From positions 8,489,812 to 8,553,811 of the forward strand of contig NC_092675.1 in assembly GCF_964355755.1 (NCBI RefSeq): a stretch of DNA of 64,000 nucleotides, given 5' to 3'. This stretch comes from Antedon mediterranea. Lineage: Eukaryota; Animalia; Echinodermata. A program made the translations under genes and the position numbers. Below, piece by piece: positions 1 through 14,200 of the stretch; positions within the stretch are counted from its first letter, which is position 1, and each line of letters starts with the position of its first letter. The notes beneath the pieces are model-generated. The model saw only the letters and a list, made by a program, of their open reading frames with translations. It ran no database searches and was not told the DNA's origin.

Positions 1-140
1 ACTTAAGTGAATTTTGTTGTTGTAATTTGTTTGGTTTGTTTAGGGGGAGGCTGCTTAATTAGCCAATAGGGATATCTGGCCTCTCTGGGAGACTTATCTC
101 TAAACTAAAAACGACATAAAAATAAGTAAAAAACAATTAC

Positions 141-2215
141 CTTCAAAATTGCCAAAGAACTTATGCCAGATACGGTGTCTATCGCCCTCACAGTAAGATC
201 AAAATAGTCATAAGCATCTTGATTAACTTGCTTGTTCAGGGTAACCAGTCCCGTGTCTAAGTAGATAATGAATGTTCCATCTGCCTCGGCTTGCGCATTG
301 TTCTTATTGCTAGCGGTAGCTAAAATGGCGTATTCAGTTGATGTGTGTTTATCACTATCAGGATCTTCAGCATTCATTTGATAAACCTCAGTACGAATAT
401 CAGCCTCTGCAGCAATTCCTTTAAAACATAATAAATTTACATAATTTAAAATGATCAACCTAAAGCCTTGTTTACACTATCAAACTTTATGCGACAACAA
501 AATGTGATGTGACCATATATAAACTTGATGATGTCATATCTTTACCATATTTGGGCATATCACACTTTTGTTGCCAAACAAGTTTGATAGTCTAGACAGA
601 GCTAAAGAGCTCCTGAAAAAAAAGACAGTGGAAAAAGTGGCAAATGGTTCACTGTCTACAAACTCTTATTTTTACTTTATTTTCAATAGTACTAAAAATA
701 GGATTCCAGAATTATATCAAGTCTAGCTAAATTTTGTAAATTGTCAGGCAAAACCTGTTGGTTTGGATTAAATATATTTTTTTGGGTGTGATGTTTACCA
801 AATATAGCTTATTTTAACCTATTTTATCTAAAACTTGTGAACAGTAATTTGTAGGTTTTTATGATAATTTTCAACACTTTCTAACATTATTTGTTTTTTT
901 GAAGATTCCAAAGACAACTACGTGAATTTGGTTATGATTATTTTTATTTATTGTTTTCAGAATCGAGTGCATACCTGCAATATATTCATCTTTTGCAAAC
1001 ACAGGGCCATTGTCATTGACATCCTCCAAGTTGACAATGACTTGTAACAAAGAAAGGTCAGTTTGTAAGTTAAATGTTGACCTTCTTTTCCTTTGTGATG
1101 TCACTGTGTAGTTTGGATCACTAGACACCTTGATGAGAAGAGTGATTGATAATGTAGCTTCACGATCTACACTTCCAATCAAGAACAATTCACCAGACTC
1201 TTTGTTTAAGCTGAATGTCACAGGGTCATTACCATCTGCAAAAAGTAACATTTGGCAATTTTACTAACAAAAATACTGATAATGTAAACTCAGTAGCCAT
1301 TCTAATTTACACAAAAGATAAACGCTGCTTGTATCAATCTACACTACCAGTATATACAAATATATATCACCGGACAGAATTCAGTTGGATCCGAATCAAC
1401 TGAGCAGAGTTTGCTAGTGATAGTGTAACAAAGACAGTAATACAGTATGTATTCAATGTGCAATCACCATTGACTTGAATGTGTGCTACCCACTAAGCCC
1501 TCTAGAGTGCAGCACACATAATTTGCCTCTTTAAAAGATAATGTTAACAACAACAAAACACAATTCAAAATGACTGGAACACTGACAATCACCTACCGAC
1601 TTACACACTGATTTTTTAATTAAAATAATGTCATGCAATTTGCTTTCCCAGAGAACTGATTTAACTAACCTTATTTTGCTTATAAAAAAACATACCACTA
1701 CATTTTACTCGAATAATACTGTATATGTGTTTCATTTCTGTTTGTTGAATATTAAATTAACAATAAGACAATAATATAAATCCTACCAACAATGAAGTAG
1801 TAAAAATTTGATCCTTCATCTGGATCTACAGCTGCCATGATGGTACCAACGTAAGTTCCATCACTAGCCCCTTCTTGGACTGACAGTGATTGTACAGGGT
1901 AAACGGCAGGGTCTTCTCTAGCAAATCCTGGTTCATTGTCATCTACATCAGATATCTCTATAATAATTTCCTGCTGGGTGGTTTGTCTAGGTACACCATT
2001 GTCTTTTGCAGTTAATATCAACTAAAAATGTATAATACTGAATTAATGCTTTGATTCTGTAAACATTTAGATAAAAATGTATTTCTTTAGGATTTTAGGT
2101 TTAAGATTTGGCTGTGGCTGTTTGCAGTCAAAGATCAGGGATCTTTGCTCAGAAATTGCCTATAAGTTTTTAGTCGCGTGGAAGCGACTCTATAGTTCAC
2201 TATGTCGGTCGGTCG

Positions 2216-2250
<35 letters not shown>

Positions 2251-5200
2251 GGTCTGTCTGTCGGTCTGTCTGTCGGTCTGTCTGTCTGTCTGTCGGTCTG
2301 GTATCACTATGCGTTTTGTCGCTTTATGACCTTATCTTGATATCAGTTTAATCTAGCTAAGTCAATTTTTCACAGAATATTCCTTATGGCCAGGAATCGA
2401 TGTGGTTATGTTTTCACGGTGCGCAATAAAAAATTACGCGGTCTACGCACGATTTAACGAAATCACGTTTGTAATCATATCTTAACAACCATGAATCACA
2501 ATTAAATAAAATTTGGTACTCATAAATTTCAGGGCATAAATTATCATATGGCAATACAATTACGTGCGTAGCGCATGTAACGCATGCGTACGCGCGCTTA
2601 AAATTTTCAAAATTTTTTTTCGATGAAATAAGAGTACGTTTCAGGCAATTTTAAGCGTTTACAAAATTGCCATGAGTGCGCAGAATTTTGCGCGCGCACT
2701 GCGCGTTAAATGTTATTGCGCACACTTTTTGCCCGATTTCTGTTTTCTTGACTTAATTTTCAACTCGAAACTACGTTATACGAGCACGTCAAATGTGACA
2801 GGCTACGCACGTGTAAATTAAAAAAATATAAATGTTTTTAAACATTTCAACATTTTTAAACATGTTCAGTAATTTCGGTCAGTATAGTTCACTATGTCGG
2901 TCGGTCCGTCTGTCTGTCGGTCTGTCTGTCTGTCTGTCAGTCTGTTTGTCTGTCGGTCCGGTATCACTATGCATTGTAGCACGCGACTTAATGGCTGTGG
3001 CCTTGTTATAGCATATATATGGTTTTCTTACCGTGTATATTGCTTGTTCTTCCCTGTCAAAGGTAGTGTTGCTTAGTAAAGTACCATTGTTGGGGTCGAT
3101 TATAAACTTCTCAAGTATTTCACGATCTTGCATACGTGAATCATCAAATCCATATGTGATGATGCTGCTACTGCCATCATCTCCATCTGTAGCTAATACT
3201 GTCGCGATCAAGTATCTGGCTTCCACATTCTGTACAATCAATTTAATTATTCAAACATAATTAAAGATGTTTATAATAAAACTTTATTAGACAAACAAAA
3301 TGTAACACAAATACTAATATTTTCTTTTTCAAATTTTGTGATATGTATTTTTTTTGTAATGCACAAATGAGGTTGAAAGGCAATGCTCTGTATTAAAAAC
3401 ATATACTAGCAGCCCATCTAAGAGCTTCTACTAACAAACTTTATTAATTGATTAGCAATTATAACACTGTACTTTGTAGTTGTATGGCATTAGTTGTTTA
3501 AAGATGTATTGTCCCCTTGAAAAAATAATTCTGAATATGCCATTTTAATGTCACCTAATAGTTATCCACCTTGAGAAAAAATTGGATAAAAAAAAAATGT
3601 ATTTACCTAAACAAATTTATTTTAAAGCAAAAATCGTCAAATTGGCTGCCATCAACCAATGGGTTTTTGAATGAATTTACCCATTTATTTTGTCATTTTA
3701 TAGGTAAAAACATAATTTTTTTTCTACGAAAGTGATTAACTTGATTAAAATTACAAAATAATCTATTTAAAGACTGATTTTATTAATCTTTATTTTTCAT
3801 GTTTTTGGGGGACAATACATCTTTAAAAAAAACTTTTTACTATGTAAGATAGTCACTTTGATGGATAGTAAGTTAATTATGATTTTTTTATTCTTTTAGC
3901 GCTTATTTTAATTTTAAGGATGCACCATCGAATGATGTACCATTTCACATGTGTATGTGTTCCTTGAAATCAAGATATAAGGTGAAAATAAACAGCAGCC
4001 TTTAACATAATAGACACAATCTAAATTTCAAATTTACCTCAGGAATGGTTAGCCTCTGTCCAGCCACTGGGTACACAAACACTGGTTTATGATTATTCTC
4101 ATCAGTGATTTTGACATCAACTATGATTGTACTTGATAATGGATTGTTACCTCCATCCATTGCCTTCACTACTAGTTGAAAGTTGAATATCTGTGGATTT
4201 TGCTCATATAGTAATTTACCAGTTGAAATAGTACCTGACTGTTGATCAATAATGAATACATCTAAAAATATAAACAGTTATTTTAAAGAATTAATGACAA
4301 TAATTAATAAGCAAAAATAACACTACAGTCTGTTTTTGAGGAGTCCATAACCTCAACCCTACGATGGTTGTGGATTAGGTGAGAACATTATAAAATATGA
4401 TGCTGAATTGCAATATAACACTATTCAGCTGGTGTTATGTTCAGAAGTTTTAAAATTTAGCACAAATCTAACAAATGCATGTGTCAAGAAGTAGTGGCTG
4501 AGAAATGGAAATTGTTTATTGTAGGTAAAACATGAAGATATTGCGCAGAGAGGACTTCATTCTATTGACCAACAGGCTAACAGGATTAAAAGGAGTGATC
4601 AAAATATTATTGGTTTGTAAGATTATCTTTACATAAAAGAATTGTATTTGTACTAGTGAACATATTCCAGAATGGTTATAGTTATAATATTGTGTTTACC
4701 GCCAATATTTCCATCGATAATGCTATATGCAACCTCTCCATTGGCTCCCGCATCCTCATCATTAGCAGCTACTGTGACAACAAAAGAGCCTACACTAGCA
4801 CTTTCCAAAAGCTGGTAAGTTGATTGAGAAAGAGTCTCAAAATGAGGTACAACATCATTAATATCTTCAATAGTTATTGTGACCTGAAAGAAGTATTTTT
4901 AATATCTGCCATGAGTAAAGAATGGTTATAAAAATGTTTCAAACCTAATATATATGATCATATTAATATTATTTCAAAAACCATATTTAAAAAGTGTAAA
5001 CTTCCTCTTAAACCATTTTATTGGAGAAACACCACCCAAACAAATCAGATCTTAGTTAATTACTTGAGTTGTCTTTGCCAATCCATCTTTGTTGCTGGCT
5101 TCAATGATGAGGTTGTATTGTGCAACAGATTCTCTGTCAAGCAATGCTATAGTCTGCAATATGCCTGATAATGTGTCAATAACAAACTCCCCTTTACTCC

Positions 5201-8200
5201 CTCCAATGATGCTGTAAAGCACTTGTGATGAATCAGTTCCTGCATCACTGTCAACTGCACTGCACTTTCCAACTTCATGACCTATTAGAAATACATTTTT
5301 AAAGAAATACTATCGATTTTTATATATCAAATATGAAAGTTTAAAACACTAATTATTTTTTGAAATAATTTATTCATGTAAACCTCATTTAAAATGACCT
5401 ATAATATGATAAGTATGACACTAAGTATTTACTATGTAAATGTGCTATAATGATAAGAATAACTTCATACCTATTGTAACATTTTCTGCAACAAAAAACG
5501 CATATGGAGCATTTAGAAAAACTGGTGAATGATCATTGACATCTTGTACACTGATGTCAAGTATAGTAGAACCAACACGTCCACCACCATCATCTGCTTC
5601 AATATGTAGGCTAAATGCTCTTATTGACTCAAAATCAAGATTTTTTGCTGTTATGACGAAACCACTGTCAGCTGTGAAATAACAAGTTTTTTGTTTTATA
5701 CAATGTAGTTTGTATATCGGCAAAAACTGTAGACATAACATTATGGAAAAAATAAAATAAGGAAGAGCATTAAAGCTTAACACCACCAAACTATACCATA
5801 AATTCTGTTTTGGTTGGTGTCAGCAAGTAGAATTGCAGGTGTTGAAAAACAATTCAGCGTGACTTACATTTGCAAATGATTTACAATTATTAAAACAAAT
5901 TTTTTTCTAGTTTATTTATTTAACTGAAATGTCACTTTTAATACCCGACGCTGACACTTATCATTTATCTGAACCTAACCCTTTGTTTGTGATTCACTGT
6001 ATGGAAGGAAGTATGGGCCCGAGTTGCTGTTGACCCAACTTGACGCGGGGCCGAGATGGTTTAGGGTCGACTTGAGTACCTGAATTTTGTTTAATATAAG
6101 TAGCCTAGTTTATCCAATCCCATCCTTATATTGACATTTTTAGTTTTGACCTGAAATCTTAGTTAATGTACATATTGTTTTAATTAAAATGGATTTTGTC
6201 AAATCAAACATATAGAAATAGATAAGACTGTAAAATAAATTGATTGCAAACTTACAGAGTATTTTAAAAGTACCATTGATGTTTCCAGACGTTATACTGT
6301 AGGAAAGCTCACTATTTTGATCAGCATCTATTGCTGTAACTCGAGCAACCTAAAACAAAAACAAATGCAGGGTCACTACAATAGTTATATCAATAATGTA
6401 TCTCTAAAACGTGTTTCTATGCATGTATTACTCTTTATCATATTTCATGATTTTACAATTGTAAAAATAATAATTACCACATTGTCAATTGAAGAATCTT
6501 CAGAAATATTTGCATAATAAACAGATAAAGAAAATGTTGGGTTATTGTCATTGACATCACTTATGATAACATCAACAAGAGCTTGTGAAGACATCTGTGG
6601 TACACCATTATCAGAAATCTTTAAAAAAAAAAAAATTTTTAATTATACGTGTGGAATGCTATCATGTTATTCAATATCATGATTTCATTTATTTTGTCTC
6701 CGAAAACAATAACAATAGAGAGAGACAGGATTCCCAAAAGCAAACTAAATCAAACTATCAAGTGGTGATGGAATAGTTACATACATACGGTCATCTTTTT
6801 AGTAGTAAGTTTAGGTTTAAAGCTTAAAAACCTGTTTATTTATGGTTAAGATCATGTTCATGATTTGTCATAGGTGTACAATTTCATATTGTAATACATT
6901 TCCTTACATTAACTGTCAATGTTATGCTACTTGGATAGATTAATGACTCTCTATCCAACGAAACAAGTGTGAATAATTCTCCAGTAGATGAGTTGATTCT
7001 TAATAAAGATTGAAAATCTGTAAAACAGAAAAAAAAGGAATTCCTTGTTGTATTAAAAAATTGTTTATGGTAATTAAGCAAGTATATGTACAAATCATTA
7101 CTATGTAAACATATTATTTGACTATAGAAAAAGGAATCCAACAGTTTCTGATATAGTTCATGCATGCCCACCGTCCCACATCTCTACATTATTAGTGTTA
7201 TATATTAGATATATATACAGAAAATGAAATATTCTGAAGCGGCTTAAAGGACTACTTTATCGAGAACCATATTTTGAAAACGTATTAGTGATGTACATAT
7301 GATTTCAGAACAATTGCGAGATTTACGATTTCACTGTGTGTGCTTGCCGTACAGTCATCGCCGTAAATTGCTGTGGTGTCAAGTGTGCTTAACAAAACCT
7401 CATAAGTTTTCACTGTTGTTAATTTGGCCTGTATTTAGGCTTTGCCAAAATGTTTAGTTGTTATTTGAAGAAAGACACATATAGCAATTTACTATAAAGT
7501 TGTCCTTTAACAGATTTCTATTAATATTATAATTACTAATGTTATATAGTAAATTATCACCTTGATATGTTGTATCTATTATTGAAAATGTCAATTGGCT
7601 TTGAGAATCATCTGGATCAATTGCTTCTATGTGACCAATACGAGTAGAAGCAGGTAAGTTTTCCTGGATATCAAATATATAGTGGTCCATTGATGGCAGT
7701 GGTGGAAACTCATTGACATCATCTACAGTAACAATAACCTTTGGGAAGACATGACATGAAAAAGAAACATGTTAGAAAATTGAGAAAATTAAAAAATGAA
7801 AGTATCTGGTACAACATTTATGTTATTAACATTACTATTATATTTTGACACATTAATTATGCCCAAAAAAATGGGAGACAAAATTAAACTGATATTTCCA
7901 GAGTCCATTATTTATTTACCTGCCATACTACTGTGGTCAAAACTTGATTGATGCAGTTCTCCTGATCTATATTTTATTGATACAGTCTGAGATTCTCCCT
8001 TATTTTGCCACTAAACAGCAGGACATGTAAAAGGGTTTTTACCGATTCAAGTATGTGGCAGGGTTGGTAGGGTACATATCATCTGAGACAGGTTGGGTAC
8101 ATATCTGAGACAGATAGGGTACATATCTGAGACAGGTAGGGTACATATCTGAGACAGAGTTTGAGTCAAAACGATTTGCTTTTGATTAGATTATAGTGCA

Positions 8201-11200
8201 GACGGATTATTTCATACCTGTGTTGAACTCTCTCGTCTGTTATTGGCTGAACCAGATGGATTATCTCTTGCTGTCACAGTGAGAGTATACACAGCTTCAT
8301 TCTCCCTATCTAATGGAGCTGAAACAATTATTTGACCCTGTCAAGAAAATATTTAAAAAAGTGTGAGTGAAAAGGCATAATAGTTGATGGTTAACTCATG
8401 GAGATATAAGGTTAACTGTTGATCAGATTGGAATTTAAAACTATATATATTGTGCCACTAAAAGCTAAACTAAAAGTGGTTTTAATTTCATTAATTTCAA
8501 TAAAATTAACCCTTTGAAGACGTGGCCCATATCCCATATAGGGTAATTTACTGTCTCAGGACGCGAGGCCCGTTTATGTACGGGTTGACTTTTTGGGGTC
8601 ACTCCATTTGACCTTTGACCTAGGTAAAAAAAAAAATTTCAGAAGGCCAAAACATTTCACATAACAATAAAACCAACAATTACAGAAAGTTACAGTCATG
8701 AAAATGTATTTTGAATTTTTCCAAAACCTATTAACAATACCTTATTTAGCCTCAGTCACTTGGGGAAGAAACTTTGTGTCTTCAAAGGGTTAAAATGTAA
8801 AAATAACTTTCTTATTTAAAATAATATAAACAAAGATACAATGGCTGAATAAAAAGAAGGTACATACAGTCATTTTATCAATGCTAAATTTGCCTTGACC
8901 TCCGGACAAGCTATATTCAACCATTCCAAAGTTTCCTTCATCAATATCATCAGCTTTCACTTGTAAAACAGGGGTACTGACAATTACATTCTCAGAAATT
9001 CTAACATGATATTCTGTCTCATTAAACACTGGATTGTTGTCATTGATGTCAAGAATCAACAGATCAAACTGTAGCATTCCAAGTAGGGTTGGAACACCAC
9101 CATCTGATGCTTGAATCAAAAAGACTAATTTCTCAGTTGATTCTCTGTCTAATTCTTGGTTAAGAGTTACTTGACCAGTTGTGTTGTCAATTATTATGAT
9201 ATCTGTGGTGTTTAACAAAGTGTACATAACTTGACCATTTATATCAGCATCAGGATCATAGGCCATAATGTTCAGGATGACATTACCAACTGGAGGACCC
9301 TCTGTAACACTCTCAGTTACAATGGGGCTGGCAAACATTGGTGCATTATCATTTTCATCACTGATTTCAATACGCACAACAGCTGAAAATTAAACATCAA
9401 TATGGTAAATAAATTAATTAAAAATAATAACTGAGCATGAACAAGCTATATAAACCAACCGACTGTAGTTTTGTAGACAAACTTAAATACACTATTTTTT
9501 ACAAAGAGAAAGTAAAAATGAAATAGTAGTTATTACCGTTAGGGTCAGAAGTACTAGGAACAATAAGAGTTTCTAGGTCCTCGGCTTCCACAGTTATTTC
9601 CAAGCGTACAGCAATCTCGCGATCTATACCCTCATTTGTGTAAATATCACCTGTAAGAGATTCTAGATGTACAAAATCCTGAAACATACTTGTATCCGAT
9701 ATTAAGTTACTGTTACCATCAAATGCAGTTATAGACACAATTGAGTAGGAGATGTTTGAGTTTGTATCATCATCCTCAGCATAGACAGTACCAATCAACA
9801 TCTGGGCCGCTGAGTTTTCCTGGATGACGTAATTACTAATAACAGATGTAAATCTTGGAGGACTGTCATTGACGTCCAGTACATAGAGGTTAACCATTGT
9901 GTATCCTGTTTGAGGTGAAACCCCAATATCCGAAGCCGAAACAATCAGATTGTAAATTTGTTGTTGTTCAAAGTCAAGAGGATTGGCAACCTAACAAAAT
10001 TGAATGATTTGTAAAATACATATGTAGTAAACAATATTATATAACGCCTAAATAAATTCTTGTCATTGGACAATTGTGGGTGACATGGTGTGCAATAGTA
10101 CTCACTATTAAATGATCGTTTAATAGAACTTTGTTTCGTGTACAAAAAAAAATCTTTTCGCGTTTGCAAAATATTTTTTTTATACTACTGTATTGCTTTT
10201 GAAATACAACATCGCCACCTATTTTGTACTTTCGCCACAAAGAATGAATGTTATGACTGGTTTTGCAATGGAAGTTCATTTTTGGAGACGAGTGTTTGGA
10301 TTCACGCCCCTACTAAGGTAAAACTACTATTACCCTCATTTACTTTATCTGAGCTGAGGTAGGTGATTTCACTTTTATTCTTTGAATTGTGTGGAAATCT
10401 GCTTACAAAACTAAAGAAAAATACCTTACCTTAATGATACCATTTGAATCAATAGTGAACTTATCCAATGCACCACTGTCAAGTTTGAAGGTCAGAGAGT
10501 AACCGTCAGGATCGCTTGCAAAAAGCTGAATAACATTTGTACCTAAAATAAAATATATACTTAAAAGCTTATTTAATTAGAACCTGAAATGAGAGAGTTC
10601 AATGTTCTGAGTTTTTTATAAATTAGAAATGAAATTATTTGAATAAAATCAATATACATTTAGTGATGGACCACAGAACTTACAGCCAATCAACTGGCCT
10701 ATTGTACTTCATAACAAGATTTTCAATATAGAAAAGATAACATATTTTATCTTAAATAACTTAGATAATAATATGTAACAATCTATTTAAGAAGAGTAAG
10801 AAAATAGTGAGGAAATAAACTATGTTCATAAAATATAGTATGGCAATAAATTACTGAGTTAAAAAATAAAAAATTTGTAACAACAGTATAAATAATAATC
10901 GAAAACATCTCAGTAATCAGAGAAAGAGTAAATATTTTATCGATAAAATCATTTTACCTTGAATGGCATTTTCAGCAATAGTTACATTAAGAACATCTTG
11001 AGAGAATACTGGAACTTCATCATTTACATTGGTAACCGTTATATTGATAGTAGCATAAGCTATATCACCTCCACTTTGTATTGCCTGTACATTAAAATAG
11101 AAAGATGCATCTTCTTCATAATCCAACACAGAGGAAGTTGTAATTATACCTGAAAAGATTAATCAATGAAACAATAATAAAACCCATCAATCGCAAATCA

Positions 11201-14200
11201 CTGCATATTTCAGTAAATCTAAATATTTGTATTGTAGTGGTGTAACAATATTCCAAACTTTAATCTCTAAAAAAGCTGACGATTATTTTAAAACTAAATA
11301 AAGATTTTAACAACACCATTACCTGTTTTTTGATCAATAGTGAAAAATGAGGAGCCTCGACCCAGTAAAGCATAAGTAATATCATTACTTGAACCTGTAT
11401 CTCCATCTAAGGCATTGATTGCTGTAAGCTATTTTAAAAACATAAATTTGGTTTAGATATAGAAACTGAATACAAATTGTATTCCAACTTTTGAAATGTT
11501 AATACTGCACATTTTGTCTAGAAATTATCATAATAAACCGATATATTTTAGTACTTACCATTTCAATTAATGTACCACTTGGCTGGCCCTCTTGTACTTG
11601 CCCATAATAAAGTAATGTTGAAAACTCAAGTGGTAACTCATTTATGTCCAATACTGTGATTGTTACTGTTGTAGTTGTCTGAAATTAAACATTAGGAATT
11701 AAACATAAATGTTTAATGAAAGAGATGATGTGTCAATGTACGGAAAACATATTTGAGAGAACCTATATGTTATAGTAATCAAGAATAACTGTATATTTAC
11801 CGTTCTACTGTCTCCAAGGTTGTTAAAGTTATCTGTAGCAGTAATCACAAGTTCATATAAACTTTGAGTCTCGCTATCCAAACTTCTGTTGACAAATAAC
11901 TCTCCACTCATCTAAAAGATTGAATAATAATATATTCAAGTCTGTAAACTGGGCCGTAAATTGAAATAGGATGGGGAATTTCACTTAACTAAACGGGACA
12001 TTTCTCAGCTTATTTGGAATTTTCAGAAGCAGCTCCAAAACATAAACCTGTATTTAGTATTATTCTAATATTGTTTTGAATTATCAAATATATATATTGG
12101 AATTTTGTGAACTACAGGTATCATCATAAATTTAAAAAAAGGTTGAGAAATATTCAACATTCATATTCAATATAAAAATAATTACATATATTGTTTATAA
12201 ATATATAATTATTAATTTATAATAATTGAAAATTATACCTCATCCATTATAAATGCACCATTAGTATTTCCCTCAAGTATACTCAATTTGATTGGTTGAA
12301 ATTCTTCACTGTCAATATCGTATGCCTCAACTTGAAAGATGTTAGCACCTACACTTACATTTTCTGCAACACTGACTTGATATGGAAGGTTGATGAACAC
12401 TGGACTGTTGTCATTTTGATCCATTACTTGAACATTTAATATCATCTAAAATATATTAAATTGATTAACTTTCGTTTTCAGTTGGCCACATTAATCTTCA
12501 GTGGCATCGCACAAGATTTCCAAAATAATTACAAACAAATATGTAAAAGAACCATTGATTGGAACATTACAATGCAATTAAATTAAATAAACGGCACATG
12601 AAATATTTAAAAATTCAAATGCTATAATTAATTATAAAGAAGAATGTACCATGCCAACTAGTGAAGGGCTTCCCATGTCTGCTGCCAAGATGGTGATATT
12701 GTATTCATTCTTCATCTCGTAATCCAGAACTACATTTCCTTTTATTGATAGTATTCCTGTTATAGTATTGATACTGAATGTATCTGAAAAATATAGATAG
12801 ATTGTATTTGTTAGTTGTCGCAAAAATATTTTGTTTTGTTTTAGGTTAACTATACTACATTATAATAAATAAATTTGTATCCTCATCAACACCAAGTCCA
12901 AGTAATTACAAATTCGTTGAAGGTTTACTTAAAAACTATTAAGACAGCTTATTATTTATATCTTTGTCCAACCAATATCACAACTGTTTTGGAATAATAA
13001 ATTACCTTTGAATAGGAATAGTATATAGAAAAACCTACTTATTTTACATTCATTTTCTTTCCTTATTTTTCCTGAATTTTTCTTTGTAATTATATTTTTT
13101 AGATTTTTATCTTAAATTGTTATTATTTTTAGGCACGTCCTCGAGCAGTGATTCAGTTCGCTTCTGACTTTCCTTGGCATTTGTTTTCCTTATATTGTTT
13201 TGTATTTTTCAGTAATTTTTGTTGTGGTGAGTCAGTCGCATAAATTATTAACATCCTTTTCTTTGATTCATAATTACCTGATGATTCATTCCCTAATGAA
13301 TAAAGAATGCTTCCACCGAGTCCAAGATCTGCATCTAGGGCAGTGTATGTTCCCAGGTATTCACCAGACCGTCCTTCGGGAATGACGATAGGACCAACAA
13401 ATGAGGAGGGAAATGTTGGGAAAACATCATTGATGTCGTCTACTTCCACTGTTAGCTAAAAACATTATGAAAAGTTGTATATCAAAATGATAACCTTTTA
13501 ACCATCACATTTTATATAGGCATTTACTAATATCAAATCTTCTCCTGGAGAAAAAAATATGGAAGATGTCAAGTGGAAGATTATCAAATGTAATTTATTT
13601 TATTTATGTTATTTACTTACAGTTGTCGTGCCAGTTTGTCTGTTTTTATCACTTTGATCATTTGCTGTGACTATAAGTAGATACTGTTCAGTGATTTCTC
13701 TATCAAGAGCCTTTATTGTTTTTATTAATCCCTAAAATAATCAACATTGTTCATAATTATTATTTTTTCATAAAATCGGATGTAAGTTAGGCAACTACAG
13801 ACGTCCCAAAATTGGACAGCTTGCTTGGTGAAATGTGCCAAAACATAACATGATCATGTAACATCACTGTTTAAAGAGTTGCATGCATTAGCTGTGGAAT
13901 CCTGCTCTTCAGATGCCTGTTTTGCAGTGCTCCCAAATACCTTTCTGAATTATTATCCTTTGAAGTGAGGAAAAGAGAACTGAGATCGAGCAATCAAATT
14001 CTCTTGGACATTCCAAGTAGAAAACATAGCTAGGGTTCAGTACCGTTGGGCCTAGACTCTGGAACAATTTGCCTTTACATATAAGGTAATCAAAATCTTT
14101 GGACAGTTTTAAGTCACTTCTAAAAACTCACATTTTCTTGTTGACAGTACTTAGGAGCAATGTTCATTGGAATGGTGCTTTAAAAATGGAACGATTGATT

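Noticed and set aside
2077-3076. SVCL/TDRQ-repeat ORFs (also 18462-19535)
   Set aside because: Translations of the GTCY microsatellite in the Helentron-type element.
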